A stretch of 64,000 bases of DNA from NCBI RefSeq assembly GCF_009914755.1, contig NC_060926.1; one strand, written 5' to 3'. The DNA comes from the human T2T-CHM13v2.0 reference genome, Homo sapiens. This document shows positions 12,901-27,900 of this stretch, one piece after another (position 1 is the stretch's first letter; every line of letters begins with the position of its first letter). The position numbers were made by a program, and so were the translations under genes. The notes beneath the pieces were generated by a model that was not told the DNA's origin, ran no database searches, and saw nothing but the letters and a program-made list of their open reading frames with translations.

Positions 12901-15900
12901 GAGCGCTCTCAGGACTACGGTGATAAAGGAAATATCTTCCAATAAAAGCTAGATAGAAGCAATGTCAGAAACTTTTTCATGATGTATCTACTCAGCTAAC
13001 AGAGTTGAACCTTTCTTTTGAGAGAGCAGTTTTGAAACACTCTTTTTGTGGAATCTGCAAGTGGATATTTGTCTAGCTTTGAGGATTTCGTTGGAAACGG
13101 GATTACATATAAAAAGCAGACAGCAGCATTCCCAGAATCTTCTTTGTGATGTTTGCATTCAAGTCACAGAGTTGAACATTCCCTTTCATAGAGCAGGTTT
13201 GAAACACTCTTTTTGTAGCATCTGGATGTGGACATTTGGAGCGCTTTCAGGCCTATGGTGAAAAAGGAAATATCTTCCCCTGAAAACTAGACAGAAGCAT
13301 TCTCAGAATCTTATTTGTGATGTGCGCCCTCAACTAACAGTGTTGAAGCTTTCTTTTGATAGAGCAGTTTTGAAACACTCTTTTTGTAAAATCTGCAAGA
13401 GGATATTTGGATAGCTTTGAGGATTTCGTTGGAAACGTGATTGTCTTCATATAAACTCTAGACAGAAGCATTCTCAGAAGCTTCATTGGGATGTTTCAAT
13501 TGAAGTCACAGTGTTGAACAGTCCCTTTCATAGAGCAGGTTTGAAACACTCTTTTTGTAGTATCTGGAAGTGGACATTTGGAGCGCTCTCAGGACTGCGG
13601 TGAAAAAGGAAATATCTTCCAATAAAAGCTAGATAGAAGCAATGTCAGAAACTTTTTCATGATGTATCTACTCAGCTAACAGAGTTGAACCTTCATTTGA
13701 GAGAGCAGTTTTGAAACACTCGTTTTGTGGAATCTGCAAGTGGATATTTGTCTACATTTGAGGATTTCGTTGGAAACGGGATTACATATAAAAAGCAGAC
13801 AGCAGCATTCCCAGAATCTTCTTTGTGATGTTTGCATTCAAGTCACAGAGTTGAACATTCCCTTTCATAGAGCAGGTTTGAAACACTCTTTTTGTAGTAT
13901 CTGGATGTGGACATTTTGAGAGATCTCAGGAATACGGTGATAAAGGAAATATCTTCCCCTGAAAACTAGACAGAAGCATTCTCAGAAACTTATTTGTGAT
14001 GTGCGCCCTCAACTAACAGTGTTGAAGCTTTCTTTTGATAGAGCAGTTTTGAAACACTCTTTTTGTAATATCTGCAAGAGGATATTTGGATAGCTTTGAG
14101 GATTTCGTTGGAAACGGGTTTGTCTTCATATAAACTCTAGACAGAAGCATTCTCAGAAGCTTCATTGGGATGTTTCAATTGAAGTCACAGTGTTGAACAG
14201 TTCCTTTCATAGAACAGGTTTGAAACACTCTTTTTGTAGTATCTGGAAGTGGACATTTGGAGCGCTCTCAGGACTATGGTGAAAAAGGAAATATCTTCCA
14301 ATAAAAGCTACATAGAAGCAATGTCAGAAACTTTTTCATGATGTATCTACTCAGCTAACAGAGTTGAACCTTTCCTTTGAGAGAGCAGTTTTGAAACACT
14401 CTTTTTGTGGAATCTGCAAGTGGATATTTGTCTAGCTTTGAGGATTTCGTTGGAAACGGGATTACATATAAAAAGCAGACAGCAGCATTCCCAGTAACTT
14501 CTTTGTGATGTTTGCATTCAAGTCACAGAGTTGAATATTCCCTTTCATAGAGCAGGTTTGAAACACTCTTTTTGTAGTATCTGGATGTGGACATTTGGAG
14601 CGCTTTCAGGCCTATGGTGAAAAAGGAAATATCTTCCCCTGAAAACTAGACAGAGGCATTCTCAGAAACTTATTTGTGATGTGCGCCCTCAACTAACAGT
14701 GTTGAAGCATTCTTTTGATAGAGCAGTTTTGAAACACTCTTTTTGTAATATCTGCAAGAGGATATTTGGATAGCTTTGAGGATTTCGTTGGAAACTGGAT
14801 TACATATAAAAAGCAGACAGCAGCATTCCCAGAAACTTCTTTGTGATGTTTGCATTCAAGTCACAGAGTTGAACATTCCCTTTCAGAGAGCAGGTTTGAA
14901 ACACTCTTTTTCTAGTATCTGGATGTGGACATTTGGAGCGCTTTCAGCCCTATGGTGAAAAAGGAAATATCTTCCCCTGAAAACTAGACAGAAGCATTCT
15001 CAGAATCTTATTTGTGATGTGCGTCCTCAACTAACAGTGTTGAAGCTTTCTTTTGATAGAGCAGTTTTGAAACACTCTTTTTGTAAAATCTGCAAGAGAA
15101 TATTTGGATAGCTTTGAGGATTTCGTTGGAAACGGGATTGTCTTCATATAAACTCTAGACAGAAGCATTCTCAGAAGCTTCATTGGGATGTTTCAATTGA
15201 AGTCACAGTGTTGAACAGTCCCTTTCATAGAGCAGGTTTCAAACACTCTTTTTGTAGTATCTGGAAGTGGACATTTGGAGCGCTTTCAGGCCTATGGTTT
15301 AAAAGGAAATATCTTCCCCTGAAAACTAGACAGAAGCATTCTCAGAAACTTATATGTGATGTGCGCCCTCAACTAACAGTGTTGAAGCATTCTTTTGATA
15401 GAGCAGTTTTGAAACACTCTTTTTGTGGAATCTGCAAGTGGATATTTGTCTAGCTTTGAGGATTTCGTTGGAAACGGGATTACATATGAAAAGCAGACAG
15501 CAGCATTCCCAGAAACTTCTTTGTGATGTTTGCATTCAACTCACAGAGTTGAACATTCCCTTTCATAGAGCAGGTTTGAAACACTCTTTTTGTAGTATCT
15601 GGATGTGGACATTTGGAGCGCTTTCAGGCCTATGGTGAAAAAGGAAATATCTTCCCCTGAAAACTAGACAGAAGCATTCTCAGAAACTTATTTGTGATGT
15701 GCGCCCTCAACTAACAGTGTTGAAGCTTTCTTTTGATAGAGCAGTTTTGAAACACTCTTTTTGTAATATCTGCAAGAGGATATTTGGATAGCTTTGAGGA
15801 TTTCGTTGGAAACGGGATTAATTATAAAAAGCAGACAGCAGCATTCCCAGAATCTTGTTTGTGATGTTTGCATTCAAGTGACAGAGTTGAACATTCCCTT

Positions 15901-16499
15901 TCAGAGAGGAGGTTTGAAACACTCTTTTTATAGTATCTGGATGTGGACATTTGGACCGCTTTCAGGCCTATGGTGAAAAAGGAAATATCTTCTCCTGAAA
16001 ACTAGACAGAAGCATTCTCAGAATCTTATTTGTGATGTGCGCCCTCAACTAACAGTGTTGAAGCTTTCTTTTGATAGAGCAGTTTTGAAACACTCTTTTC
16101 GTAAAATCTGCAAGAGGATATTTTGATAGCTTTGAGGATTTCGTTGGAAACGGGATTGTCTTCATATAAACTCTAGACAGAAGCATTCTCAGAAGCTTCA
16201 TTGGGATGTTTCAATTGAAGTCACAGTGTTGAACAGTCCCTTTCATAGAGCAGGTTTGAAACACTCTTTTTGTAGTATCTGGAAGTGGACATTTGGAGAG
16301 ATCTCAGGAATACGGTGATAAAGGAAATATCTTCCAATAAAAGCTAGATAGAAGCAATGTCAGAAACTTTTTCATGATGTATCTACTCAGCTAACAGAGT
16401 TGAACCTTTCTTTTGAGAGAGCAGTTTTGAAACACTCTTTTTGTGGAATCTGGAAGTGGATATTTGTCTAGCTTTGAGGATTTCGTTGGAAACGGGATT

Positions 16500-19400
16500 A
16501 CATATAAAAAGCAGACAGCAGCATTCCCAGTAACTTCTTTGTGACGTTTGCATTCAAGTCACAGAGTTGAACATTCCCTTTCATAGAGCAGGTTTGAAAC
16601 ACTCTTTTTGTAGTATCTGGATGTGGACATTTTGAGCGCTTTCAGGCCTATGGTGAAAAAGGAAATATCTTCCCCTGAAAACTAGACAGAAGAATTCTCA
16701 GAATCTTATTTGTGATGTGCGCCATCAACTAACAGTGTTGAAGCTTTCTTTTGATAGAGCAGTTTTGAAACACTCTTTTTGTAAAATCTGCAAGAGGATA
16801 TTTGGATAGCTTTGAGGATTTCGTTGGAGACGGGATTGTCTTCATATAAACTCTAGACAGAAGCATTCTCAGAAGCGTCATTGGGATGTTTCAATTGAAG
16901 TCACAGTGTTGAACATTCCCTTTCATAGAGCAGGTTTGAAACACTCTTTTTGTAGTATCTGGATGTGGACATTTGGAGCGCTTTCAGGCCTATGGTTTAA
17001 AAGGAAATATCTTCCCCTGAAAACTAGACAGAAGCATTCTCAGAAACTTATTTGTGATGTGCGCCCTCAACTAACAGTGTTGAAGCATTCTTTTGATACA
17101 GCAGTTTTGAAACACTCTTTTTGTGGAATCTGCAAGTGGATATTTGTCTAGCTTTGAGGATTTCGTTGGAAACGGGATTACATATAAAAAGCAGACAGCA
17201 GCATTCCCAGTAACTTCTTTGTGATGTTTGCATTCAAGTCAGAGAGTTGAACATTCCCTTTCATAGAGCAGGTTTGAAACACTCTTTTTGAAGTATCTGG
17301 TTGTGGACATTTGGAGCGCTTTCAGGCCTATGGTGAAAAAGGAAATATCTTCCCCTGAAAACTAGACAGAAGCATTCTCAGAAACTTATTTGTGATGTGC
17401 GCCCTCAACTAACAGTGTTGAACCTTTCTTTTGATAGAGCAGTTTTGAAACACTCTTTTTGTAATATCTGCAAGAGGATATTTGGATAGCTTTGAGGATT
17501 TCGTTGGAAACGGGATTGTCTTCATATAAACTCTAGACAGAAGCATTCTCAGAAGCTTCATTGGGATGTTTCAATTGAAGTCACAGTGTTGAACAGTCCC
17601 TTTCATAGAGCAGGTTTGAAACACTCTTTTTGTAGTATCTGGAAGTGGACATTTGGAGCGCTCTCAGGACTGCGGTGAAAAAGGAAATATCTTCCAATAA
17701 AAGCTAGATAGAAGCAATGTCAGAAACTTTTTCATGATGTATCTACTCAGCTAACAGAGTTGAACCTTCATTTGAGAGAGCAGTTTTGAAACACTCGTTT
17801 TGTGGAATCTGCAAGTGGATATTTGTCTAGCTTTGAGGATTTCGTTGGAAACGGGATTACATATAAAAAGCAGACAGCAGCATTCCCAGTAACTTCTTTG
17901 TGATGTTTGCATTCAAGTCACAGAGTTGAACATTCCCTTTCATAGAGCAGGTTTGAAACACTCTTTTTGTTGTATCTGGATGTGTACATTTGCAGCGCTT
18001 TCAGGCCTAAGGTGAAAAAGGAAATATCTTCCCCTGAAAACTAGACAGAAGCATTCTCAGAAACTTATTTGTGATGTGCGCCCTCAACTAACAGTGTTGA
18101 AGCTTTCTTTTGATAGAGCAGTTTTGAAACACTCTTTTTGTAATATCTGCAAGAGGATATTTGGATAGCTTTGAGGATTTCGTTGGAAACGGGTTTGTCT
18201 TCATATAAACTCTAGACAGAAGCATTCTCAGAAGCTTCATTGGGATGTTTCAATTGAAGTCACAGTGTTGAACAGTTCCTTTCATAGAACAGGTTTGAAA
18301 CACTCTTTTTGTAGTATCTGGAAGTGGACATTTGGAGCGCTCTCAGGACTATGGTGAAAAAGGAAATATCTTCCAATAAAAGCTACATAGAAGCAATGTC
18401 AGAAACTTTTTCATGATGTATCTACTCAGCTAACAGAGTTGAACCTTTCCTTTGAGAGAGCAGTTTTGAAACACTCTTTTTGTGGAATCTGCAAGTGGAT
18501 ATTTGTCTAGCTTTGAGGATTTCGTTGGAAACGGGATTACATATAAAAAGCAGACAGCAGCACTCCCAGTAACTTCTTTGTGATGTTTGCATTCAAGTCA
18601 CAGAGTTGAATATTCCCTTTCATAGAGCAGGTTTGAAACACTCTTTTTGTAGTATCTGGATGTGGACATTTGGAGCGCTTTCAGGCCTATGGTGAAAAAG
18701 GAAATATCTTCCCCTGAAAACTAGACAGAAGCATTCTCAGAAACTTATTTGTGATGTGCGCCCTCAACTAACAGTGTTGAACCTTTCTTTTGATAGAGCA
18801 GTTTTGAAACACTCTTTTTGTAATATCTGCAAGAGGATATTTGGATAGCTTTGAGGATTTCGTTGGAAACGGGATTACATATAAAAAGCAGACAGCAGCA
18901 TTCCCAGTAACTTCTTTGTGACGTTTGCATTCAAGTCACAGAGTTGAACATTCCCTTTCATAGAGCAGGTTTGAAACACTCTTTTTGTAGTATCTGGATG
19001 TGGACATTTGGAGCGCTTTCAGGCCTATGGTGAAAAAGGAAATATCTACCCCTGAAAACTAGACAGAAGAATTCTCAGAATCTTATTTGTGATGTGCGCC
19101 ATCAACTAACAGTGTTGAAGCTTTCTTTTGATAGAGCAGTTTTGAAACACTCTTTTTGTAAAATCTGCAAGAGGATATTTGGATAGCTTTGAGGATTTCG
19201 TTGGAAACGGGATTGTCTTCATATAAACTCTAGACAGAAGCATTCTCAGAAGCGTCACTGGGATGTTTCAATTGAAGTCACAGTGTTGAACATTCCCTTT
19301 CATAGAGCAGGTTTGAAACACTCTTTTTGTAGTATCTGGATGTGGACATTTGGAGCGCTTTCAGGCCTATGGTTTAAAAGGAAATATCTTCCCCTGAAAA

Positions 19401-21940
19401 CTAGACAGAAGCATTCTCAGAAACTTATTTGTGATGTGCGCCCTCAACTAACAGTGTTGAAGCATTCTTTTGATAGAGCAGTTTTGAAACACTCTTTTTG
19501 TGGAATCTGCAAGTGGATATTTGTCTAGCTTTGAGGATTTCGTTGGAAACGGGATTACATATAAAAAGCAGACAGCAGCATTCCCAGTAACTTCTTTGTG
19601 ATGTTTGCATTCAAGTCAGAGAGTTGAACATTCCCTTTCATAGAGCAGGTTTGAAACACTCTTTTTGAAGTATCTGGTTGTGGACATTTGGAGCGCTTTC
19701 AGGCCTATGGTGAAAAAGGAAATATCTTCCCCTGAAAACTAGACAGAAGCATTCTCAGAAACTTATTTGTGATGTGCGCCCTCAACTAACAGTGTTGAAC
19801 CTTTCTTTTGATAGAGCAGTTTTGAAACACTCTTTTTGTAATATCTGCAAGAGGATATTTGGATAGCTTTGAGGATTTCGTTGGAAACGGGATTGTCTTC
19901 ATATAAACTCTAGACAGAAGCATTCTCAGAAGCTTCATTGGGATGTTTCAATTGAAGTCACAGTGTTGAACAGTCCCTTTCATAGAGCAGGTTTGAAACA
20001 CTCTTTTTGTAGTATCTGGAAGTGGACATTTGGAGCGCTCTCAGGACTACGATGATAAAGGAAATATCTTCCAATAAAAGCTAGATAGAAGCAATGTCAG
20101 AAACTTTTTCATGATGTATCTACTCAGCTAACAGAGTTGAACATTTCTTTTGAGAGAGCAGTTTTGAAACACTCTTTTTGTGGAATCTGCAAGTGGATAT
20201 TTGTCTAGCTTTGAGGATTTCGTTGGAAACGGGATTACATATAAAAAGCAGACAGCAGCATTCCCAGAATCTTCTTTGTGATGTTTGCATTCAAGTCACA
20301 GAGTTGAACATTCCCTTTCATAGAGCAGGTTTGAAACACTCTTTTTGTAGTATCTGGATGTGGACATTTGGAGCGCTTTCAGGCCTATGGTGAAAAAGGA
20401 AATATCTTCCCCTGAAAACTAGACAGAAGCATTCTCAGAATCTTATTTGTGATGTGCGCCCTCAACTAACAGTGTTGAAGCTTTCTTTTGATAGAGCAGT
20501 TTTGAAACACTCTTTTTGTAAAATCTGCAAGAGGATATTTGGATAGCTTTGAGGATTTCGTTGGAAACGGGATTGTCTTCATATAAACTCTAGACAGAAG
20601 CATTCTCAGAAGCTTCATTGGGATGTTTCAATTGAAGTCACAGTGTTGAACAGTCCCTTTCATAGAGCAGGTTTGAAACACTCTTTTTGTAGTATCTGGA
20701 AGTGGACATTTGGAGCGCTCTCAGGACTGCGGTGAAAAAGGAAATATCTTCCAATAAAAGCTAGATAGAAGCAATGTCAGAAACTTTTTCATGATGTATC
20801 TACTCAGCTAACAGAGTTGAACCTTCATTTGAGAGAGCAGTTTTGAAACACTCGTTTTGTGGAATCTGCAAGTGGATATTTGTCTAGCTTTGAGGATTTC
20901 GTTGGAAACGGGATTACATATAAAAAGCAGACAGCAGCATTCCCAGAAACTTCTTTGTGATGTTTGCATTCAAGTCACAGAGTTGAACATTCCCTTTCAT
21001 AGAGCAGGTTTGAAACACTCTTTTTGTAGTATCTGGATGTGTACATTTGCAGCGCTTTCAGGCCTAAGGTGAAAAAGGAAATATCTTCCCCTGAAAACTA
21101 GACAGAAGCATTCTCAGAAACTTATTTGTGATGTGCGCCCTCAACTAACAGTGTTGAAGCTTTCTTTTGATAGAGCAGTTTTGAAACGCTCTTTTTGTAA
21201 TATCTGCAAGAGGATATTTGGATAGCTTTGAGGATTTCGTTGGAAACGGGTTTGTCTTCATATAAACTCTAGACAGAAGCATTCTCAGAAGCTTCATTGG
21301 GATGTTTCAATTGAAGTCACAGTGTTGAACAGTTCCTTTCATAGAACAGGTTTGAAACACTCTTTTTGTAGTATCTGGAAGTGGACATTTGGAGCGCTCT
21401 CAGGACTATGGTGAAAAAGGAAATATCTTCCAATAAAAGCTACATAGAAGCAATGTCAGAAACTTTTTCATGATGTATCTACTCAGCTAACAGAGTTGAA
21501 CCTTTCCTTTGAGAGAGCAGTTTTGAAACACTCTTTTTGTGGAATCTGCAAGTGGATATTTGTCTAGCTTTGAGGATTTCGTTGGAAACGGGATTACATA
21601 TAAAAAGCAGACAGCAGCATTCCCAGTAACTTCTTTGTGATGTTTGCATTCAAGTCACAGAGTTGAATATTCCCTTTCATAGAGCAGGTTTGAAACACTC
21701 TTTTTGTAGTATCTGGATGTGGACATTTGGAGCGCTTTCAGGCCTATGGTGAAAAAGGAAATATCTTCCCCTGAAAACTAGACAGAAGCATTCTCAGAAA
21801 CTTATTTGTGATGTGCGCCCTCAACTAACAGTGTTGAACCTTTCTTTTGATAGAGCAGTTTTGAAACACTCTTTTTGTAATATCTGCAAGAGGATATTTG
21901 GATAGCTTTGAGGATTTCGTTGGAAACGGGATTACATATA
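16500..21940 (+). repeat. Tandem 14-mer (2,377 bp) plus 18-mer (3,057 bp) copies of one super-unit
   Basis: GACGTT at 16545/18922 and EcoRI at 16692/19069 are +2377 apart. Later markers are +3057 apart (AACCTTCATTT at 17763/20820), so the second copy has one extra 680-bp HOR. Boundaries are approximate. Confidence 0.8.
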
Positions 21941-24900
21941 AAAAGCAGACAGCAGCATTCCCAGAAACTTCTTTGTGATGTTTGCATTCAAGTCACAGAG
22001 TTGAACATTCCCTTTCATAGAGCAGGTTTGAAACACTCTTTTTGTAGTATCTGGATGTGGACATTTGCAGCGCTTTCAGGCCTAAGGTGAAAAAGGAAAT
22101 ATCTTCCCCTGAAAACTAGACAGAAGCATTCTCAGAAACTTATTTGTGATGTGCGCCCTCAACTAACAGTGTTGAACCTTTCTTTTGATAGAGCAGTTTT
22201 GAAACACTCTTTTTGTAATATCTGCAAGAGGATATTTGGATAGCTTTGAGGATTTCGTTGGAAACGGGATTGTCTTCATATAAACTCTAGACAGAAGCAT
22301 TCTCAGAAGCTTCATTGGGATGTTTCAATTGAAGTCACAGTGTTGAACAGTCCCTTTCATAGAGCAGGTTTGAAACACTCTTTTTGTAGTATCTGGATGT
22401 GGACATTTGGAGCGCTTTCAGGCCTATGGTTTAAAAGGAAATATCTTCCCCTGAAAACTAGACAGAAGCATTCTCAGAAACTTATTTGTGATGTGCGCCC
22501 TCAACTAACAGTGTTGAAGCATTCTTTTGATAGAGCAGTTTTGAAACACTCTTTTTGTGGAATCTGCAAGTGGATATTTGTCTAGCTTTGAGGATTTCGT
22601 TGGAAACCGGATTAATTATAAAAAGCAGACAGCAGCATTCCCAGAATCTTGTTTGTGATGTTTGCATTCAAGTCACAGAGTTGAACATTCCCTTTCAGAG
22701 AGCAGGTTTGAAACACTCTTTTTATAGTATCTGGATGTGGACATTTGGAGCGCTTTCAGGCCTATGGTGAAAAAGGAAATATCTTCTCCTGAAAACTAGA
22801 CAGAAGCATTCTCAGAATCTTATTTGTGATGTGCGCCCTCAACTAACAGTGTTGAAGCTTTCTTTTGATAGAGCAGTTTTGAAACACTCTTTTCGTAAAA
22901 TCTGCAAGAGGATATTTTGATAGCTTTGAGGATTTCGTTGGAAACGGGATTGTCTTCATATAAACTCTAGACAGAAGCATTCTCAGAAGCTTCATTGGGA
23001 TGTTTCAATTGAAGTCACAGTGTTGAACAGTCCCTTTCATAGAGCAGGTTTGAAACACTCTTTTTGTAGTATCTGGAAGTGGACATTTGGAGAGATCTCA
23101 GGAATACGGTGATAAAGGAAATATCTTCCAATAAAAGCTACATAGAAGCAATGTCAGAAACTTTTTCATGATGTATCTACTCAGCTAACAGAGTTGAACC
23201 TTTCTTTTGAGAGAGCAGTTTTGAAACACTCTTTTCGTAAAATCTGCAAGAGGATATTTGGATAGCTTTGAGGATTTCGTTGGAAACGGGATTGTCTTCA
23301 TATAAACTCTAGACAGAAGCATTCTCAGAAGCTTCATTGGGATGTTTCAATTGAAGTCACAGTGTTGAACAGTCCCTTTCATAGAGCAGGTTTGAAACAC
23401 TCTTTTTGTAGTATCTGGATGTGGACATTTGGAGCGCTTTCAGGCCTATGGTTTAAAAGGAAATATCTTCCCCTGAAAACTAGACAGAAGCATTCTCAGA
23501 AACTTATTTGTGATGTGCGCCTTCAACTAACAGTGTTGAAGCATTCTTTTGATAGAGCAGTTTTGAAACACTCTTTTTGTGGAATCTGCAAGTGGATATT
23601 TGTCTAGCTTTGAGGATTTCGTTGGAAACGGGATTACATATGAAAAGCAGACAGCAGCATTCCCAGAAACTTCTTTGTGATGTTTGCATTCAAGTCACAG
23701 AGTTGAACATTCCCTTTCAGAGAGCAGGTTTGAAACACTCTTTTTGTAGTATCTGGATGTGGACATTTGGAGCGCTTTCAGCCCTATGGTGAAAAAGGAA
23801 ATATCTTCCCCTGAAAACTAGACAGAAGCATTCTCAGAATCTTATTTGTGATGTGCGCCCTCAACTAACAGTGTTGAAGCTTTCTTTTGATAGAGCAGTT
23901 TTGAAACACTCTTTTTGTAATATCTGCAAGAGGATATTTGGATAGCTTTGAGGATTTCGTTGGAAACGGGATTGTCTTCATATAAACTCTAGGCAGAAGC
24001 ATTCTCAGAAGCTTCATTGGGATGTTTCAATTGAAGTCACAGTGTTGAACAGTTCCTTTCATAGAACAGGTTTGAAACACTCTTTTTGTAGTATCTGGAA
24101 GTGGACATTTGGAGCGCTCTCAGGACTACGGTGAAAATGGAAATATCTTCCAATAAAAGCTACATAGAAGCAATGTCAGAAACTTTTTCATGATGTATCT
24201 ACTCAGCTAACAGAGTTGAACCTTTCCTTTGAGAGAGCAGTTTTGAAACACTCTTTTTGTGGAATCTGCAAGTGGATATTTGTCTAGCTTTGAGGATTTC
24301 GTTGGAAACGGGATTACATATAAAAAGCAGACAGCAGCATTCCCAGAATCTTCTTTGTGATGTTTGCATTCAAGTCACAGAGTTGAACATTCCCTTTCAT
24401 AGAGCAGGTTTGAAACACTCTTTTTGTAGTATCTGGATGTGGACATTTGGAGCGCTTTCAGGCCTATGGTGAAAAAGGAAATATCTTCCCCTGAAAACTA
24501 GACAGAAGCATTCTCAGAATCTTATTTGTGATGTGCGCCCTCAACTAACAGTGTTGAAGCTTTCTTTTGATAGAGCAGTTTTGAAACACTCTTTTTGTAA
24601 AATCTTCAAGAGGATATTTGGATAGCTTTGAGGATTTCGTTGGAAACGGGATTGTCTTCATATAAACTCTAGACAGAAGCATTCTCAGAAGCTTCATTGG
24701 GATGTTTCAATTGAAGTCACAGTGTTGAACAGTCCCTTTCATAGAGCAGGTTTGAAACACTCTTTTTGTAGTATCTGGAAGTGGACATTTGGAACGCTCT
24801 CAGGACTGCGGTGAAAAAGGAAATATCTTCCAATAAAAGCTAGATAGAAGCAATGTCAGAAACTTTTTCATGATGTATCTACTCAGCTAACAGAGTTGAA

Positions 24901-27900
24901 CCTTTCTTTTGAGAGAGCAGTTTTGAAACACTCGTTTTGTGGAATCTGCAAGTGGATATTTGTCTACCTTTGAGGATTTCGTTGGAAACGGGATTACATA
25001 TAAAAAGCAGACAGCAGCATTCCCAGAAACTTCTTTGTGATGTTTGCATTCAAGTCACAGAGTTGAACATTCCCTTTCATAGAGCAGGTTTGAAACACTC
25101 TTTTTGTAGTATCTGGATGTGGACATTTGCAGCGCTTTCAGGCCTAAGGTGAAAAAGGAAATATCTTCCCCTGAAAACTAGACAGAAGCATTCTCAGAAA
25201 CTTATTTGTGATGTGCGCCCTCAACTAACAGTGTTGAAGCTTTCTTTTGATAGAGCAGTTTTGAAACACTCTTTTTGTAATATCTGCAAGAGGATATTTG
25301 GATAGCTTTGAGGATTTCGTTGGAAACGGGATTGTCTTCATATAAACTCTAGACAGAAGCATTCTCAGAAGCTTCATTGGGATGTTTCAATTGAAGTCAC
25401 AGTGTTGAACAGTCCCTTTCATAGAGCAGGTTTGAAACACTCTTTTTGTAGTATCTGGATGTGGACATTTGGAACGCTCTCAGGACTGCGGTGAAAAAGG
25501 AAATATCTTCCAATAAAAGCTAGATAGAAGCAATGTCAGAAACTTTTTCATGCTGTATCTACTCAGCTAACAGAGTTGAACCTTTCTTTTGAGAGAGCAG
25601 TTTTGAAACACTCTTCTTGTGGAATCTGCAAGTGGATATTTGTCTAGCTTTGAGGATTTCGTTGGAAACGGGATTACATATAAAAAGCAGACAGCAGCAT
25701 TCCCAGTAACTTCTTTGTGATGTTTGCATTCAAGTCACAGAGTTGAACATTCCCTTTCATAGAGCAGGTATGAAACACTCTTTTTGTAGTATCTGGATGT
25801 GGACATTTGGAGCGCTTTCAGGCCTATGGTGAAAAAGGAAATATCTTCCAATAAAAGCTACATAAAAGCAATGTCAGAAACTTTTTCATGATGTATCTAC
25901 TCAGCTAACAGAGTTGAACCTTTCTTTTGAGAGAGCAGTTTTGAAACACTCTTTTTGTGGAATCTGGAAGTGGATATTTGTCTAGCTTTGAGGATTTCGT
26001 TGGAAACGGGATTACATATAAAAAGCAGACAGCAGCATTCCCAGTAACTTCTTTGTGATGTTTGCATTCAAGTCACAGAGTTGAACATTCCCTTTCATAG
26101 AGCAGGTTTGAAACACTCTTTTTGTAGTATCTGGATGTGGACATTTGGAGCGCTTTCAGGCCTATTGTGAAAAAGGAAATATCTTCCCCTGAAAACTAGA
26201 CAGAAGAATTCTCAGAATCTTATTTGTGATGTGCGCCCTCAACTAACAGTGTTGAAGCTTTCTTTTGATAGAGCAGTTTTGAAACACTCTTTTTGTAAAA
26301 TCTGCAAGAGGATATTTGGATAGCTTTGAGGATTTCGTTGGAAACGGGATTGTCTTCATATAAACTCTACACAGAAGCATTCTCAGAAGCGTCATTGGGA
26401 TGTTTCAATTGAAGTCACAGTGTTGAACAGTCCCTTTCATAGAGCAGGTTTGAAACACTCTTTTTGTAGTATCTGGATGTGGACATTTGGAGCGCTTTCA
26501 GGCCTATGGTTTAAAAGGAAATATCTTCCCCTGAAAACTAGACAGAAGCATTCTCAGAAACTTATTTGTGATGTGCGCCTTCAACTAACAGTGTTGAAGC
26601 ATTCTTTTGATAGAGCAGTTTTGAAACACTCTTTTTGTGGAATCTGCAAGTGGATATTTGTCTAGCTTTGAGGATTTCGTTGGAAACGGGATTACATATA
26701 AAAAGCAGACAGCAGCATTCCCAGAAACTTCTTTGTGATGTTTGCATTCAAGTCACAGAGTTGAACATTCCCTTTCAGAGAGCAGGTTTGAAACACTCTT
26801 TTTGTAGTATCTGGATGTGGACATTTGGAGCGCTTTCAGGCCTATGGTGAAAAAGGAAATATCTTCCCCTGAAAACTAGACAGAAGCATTCTCAGAATCT
26901 TATTTGTGATGTGCGCCCTCAACTAACAGTGTTGAAGCTTTCTTTTGATAGAGCAGTTTTGAAACACTCTTTTTGTAAAATCTGCAAGAGGATATTTGGA
27001 TAGCTTTGAGGATTTCGTTGGAAACGGGATTGTCTTCATATAAACTCTAGACAGAAGCATTCTCAGAAGCTTCATTGGGATGTTTCAAATGAAGTCACAG
27101 TGTTGAACAGTCTCTTTCATAGAGCAGGTTTGAAACACTCTTTTTGTAGTATCTGGAAGTGGACATTTGGAGCGCTCTCAGGACTGCGGTGAAAAAGGAA
27201 CTATCTTCCAATAAAAGCTAGATAGAAGCAATGTCAGAAACTTTTTCATGATGTATCTACTCAGCTAACAGAGTTGAACCTTCCTTTGAGAGAGCAGTTT
27301 TGAAACACTCTTTTTGTGGAATCTGCAAGTGGATATTTGTCTAGCTTTGAGGATTTCGTTGGAAACGGGATTGTCTTCATATAAACTCTAGACAGAAGCA
27401 TTCTCAGAAGCTTCATTGGGATGTTTCAATTGAAGTCACAGTGTTGAACAGTTCCTTTCATAGAACAGGTTTGAAACACTCTTTTTGTAGTATCTGGAAG
27501 TGGACATTTGGAGCGCTCCCAGGACTACGGTGAAAAAGGAAATATCTTCCAATAAAAGCTACATAGAAGCAATGTCAGAAACTTTTTCATGATGTATCTA
27601 CTCAGCTAACAGAGTTGAACCTTCCTTTGAGAGAGCAGTTTTGAAACACTCTTTTTGTGGAATCTGCAAGTGGATATTTGTCTAGCTTTGAGGATTTCGT
27701 TGGAAACGGGATTACATATAAAAAGCAGACAGCAGCATTCCCAGAAACTTCTTTGTGATGTTTGCATTCAAGTCACAGAGTTGAACATTCCCTTTCATAG
27801 AGCAGGTTTGAAACACTCTTTTTGTAGTATCTGGATGTGGACATTTGCAGCGCTTTCAGGCCTAAGGTGAAAAAGGAAATATCTTCCCCTGAAAACTAGA

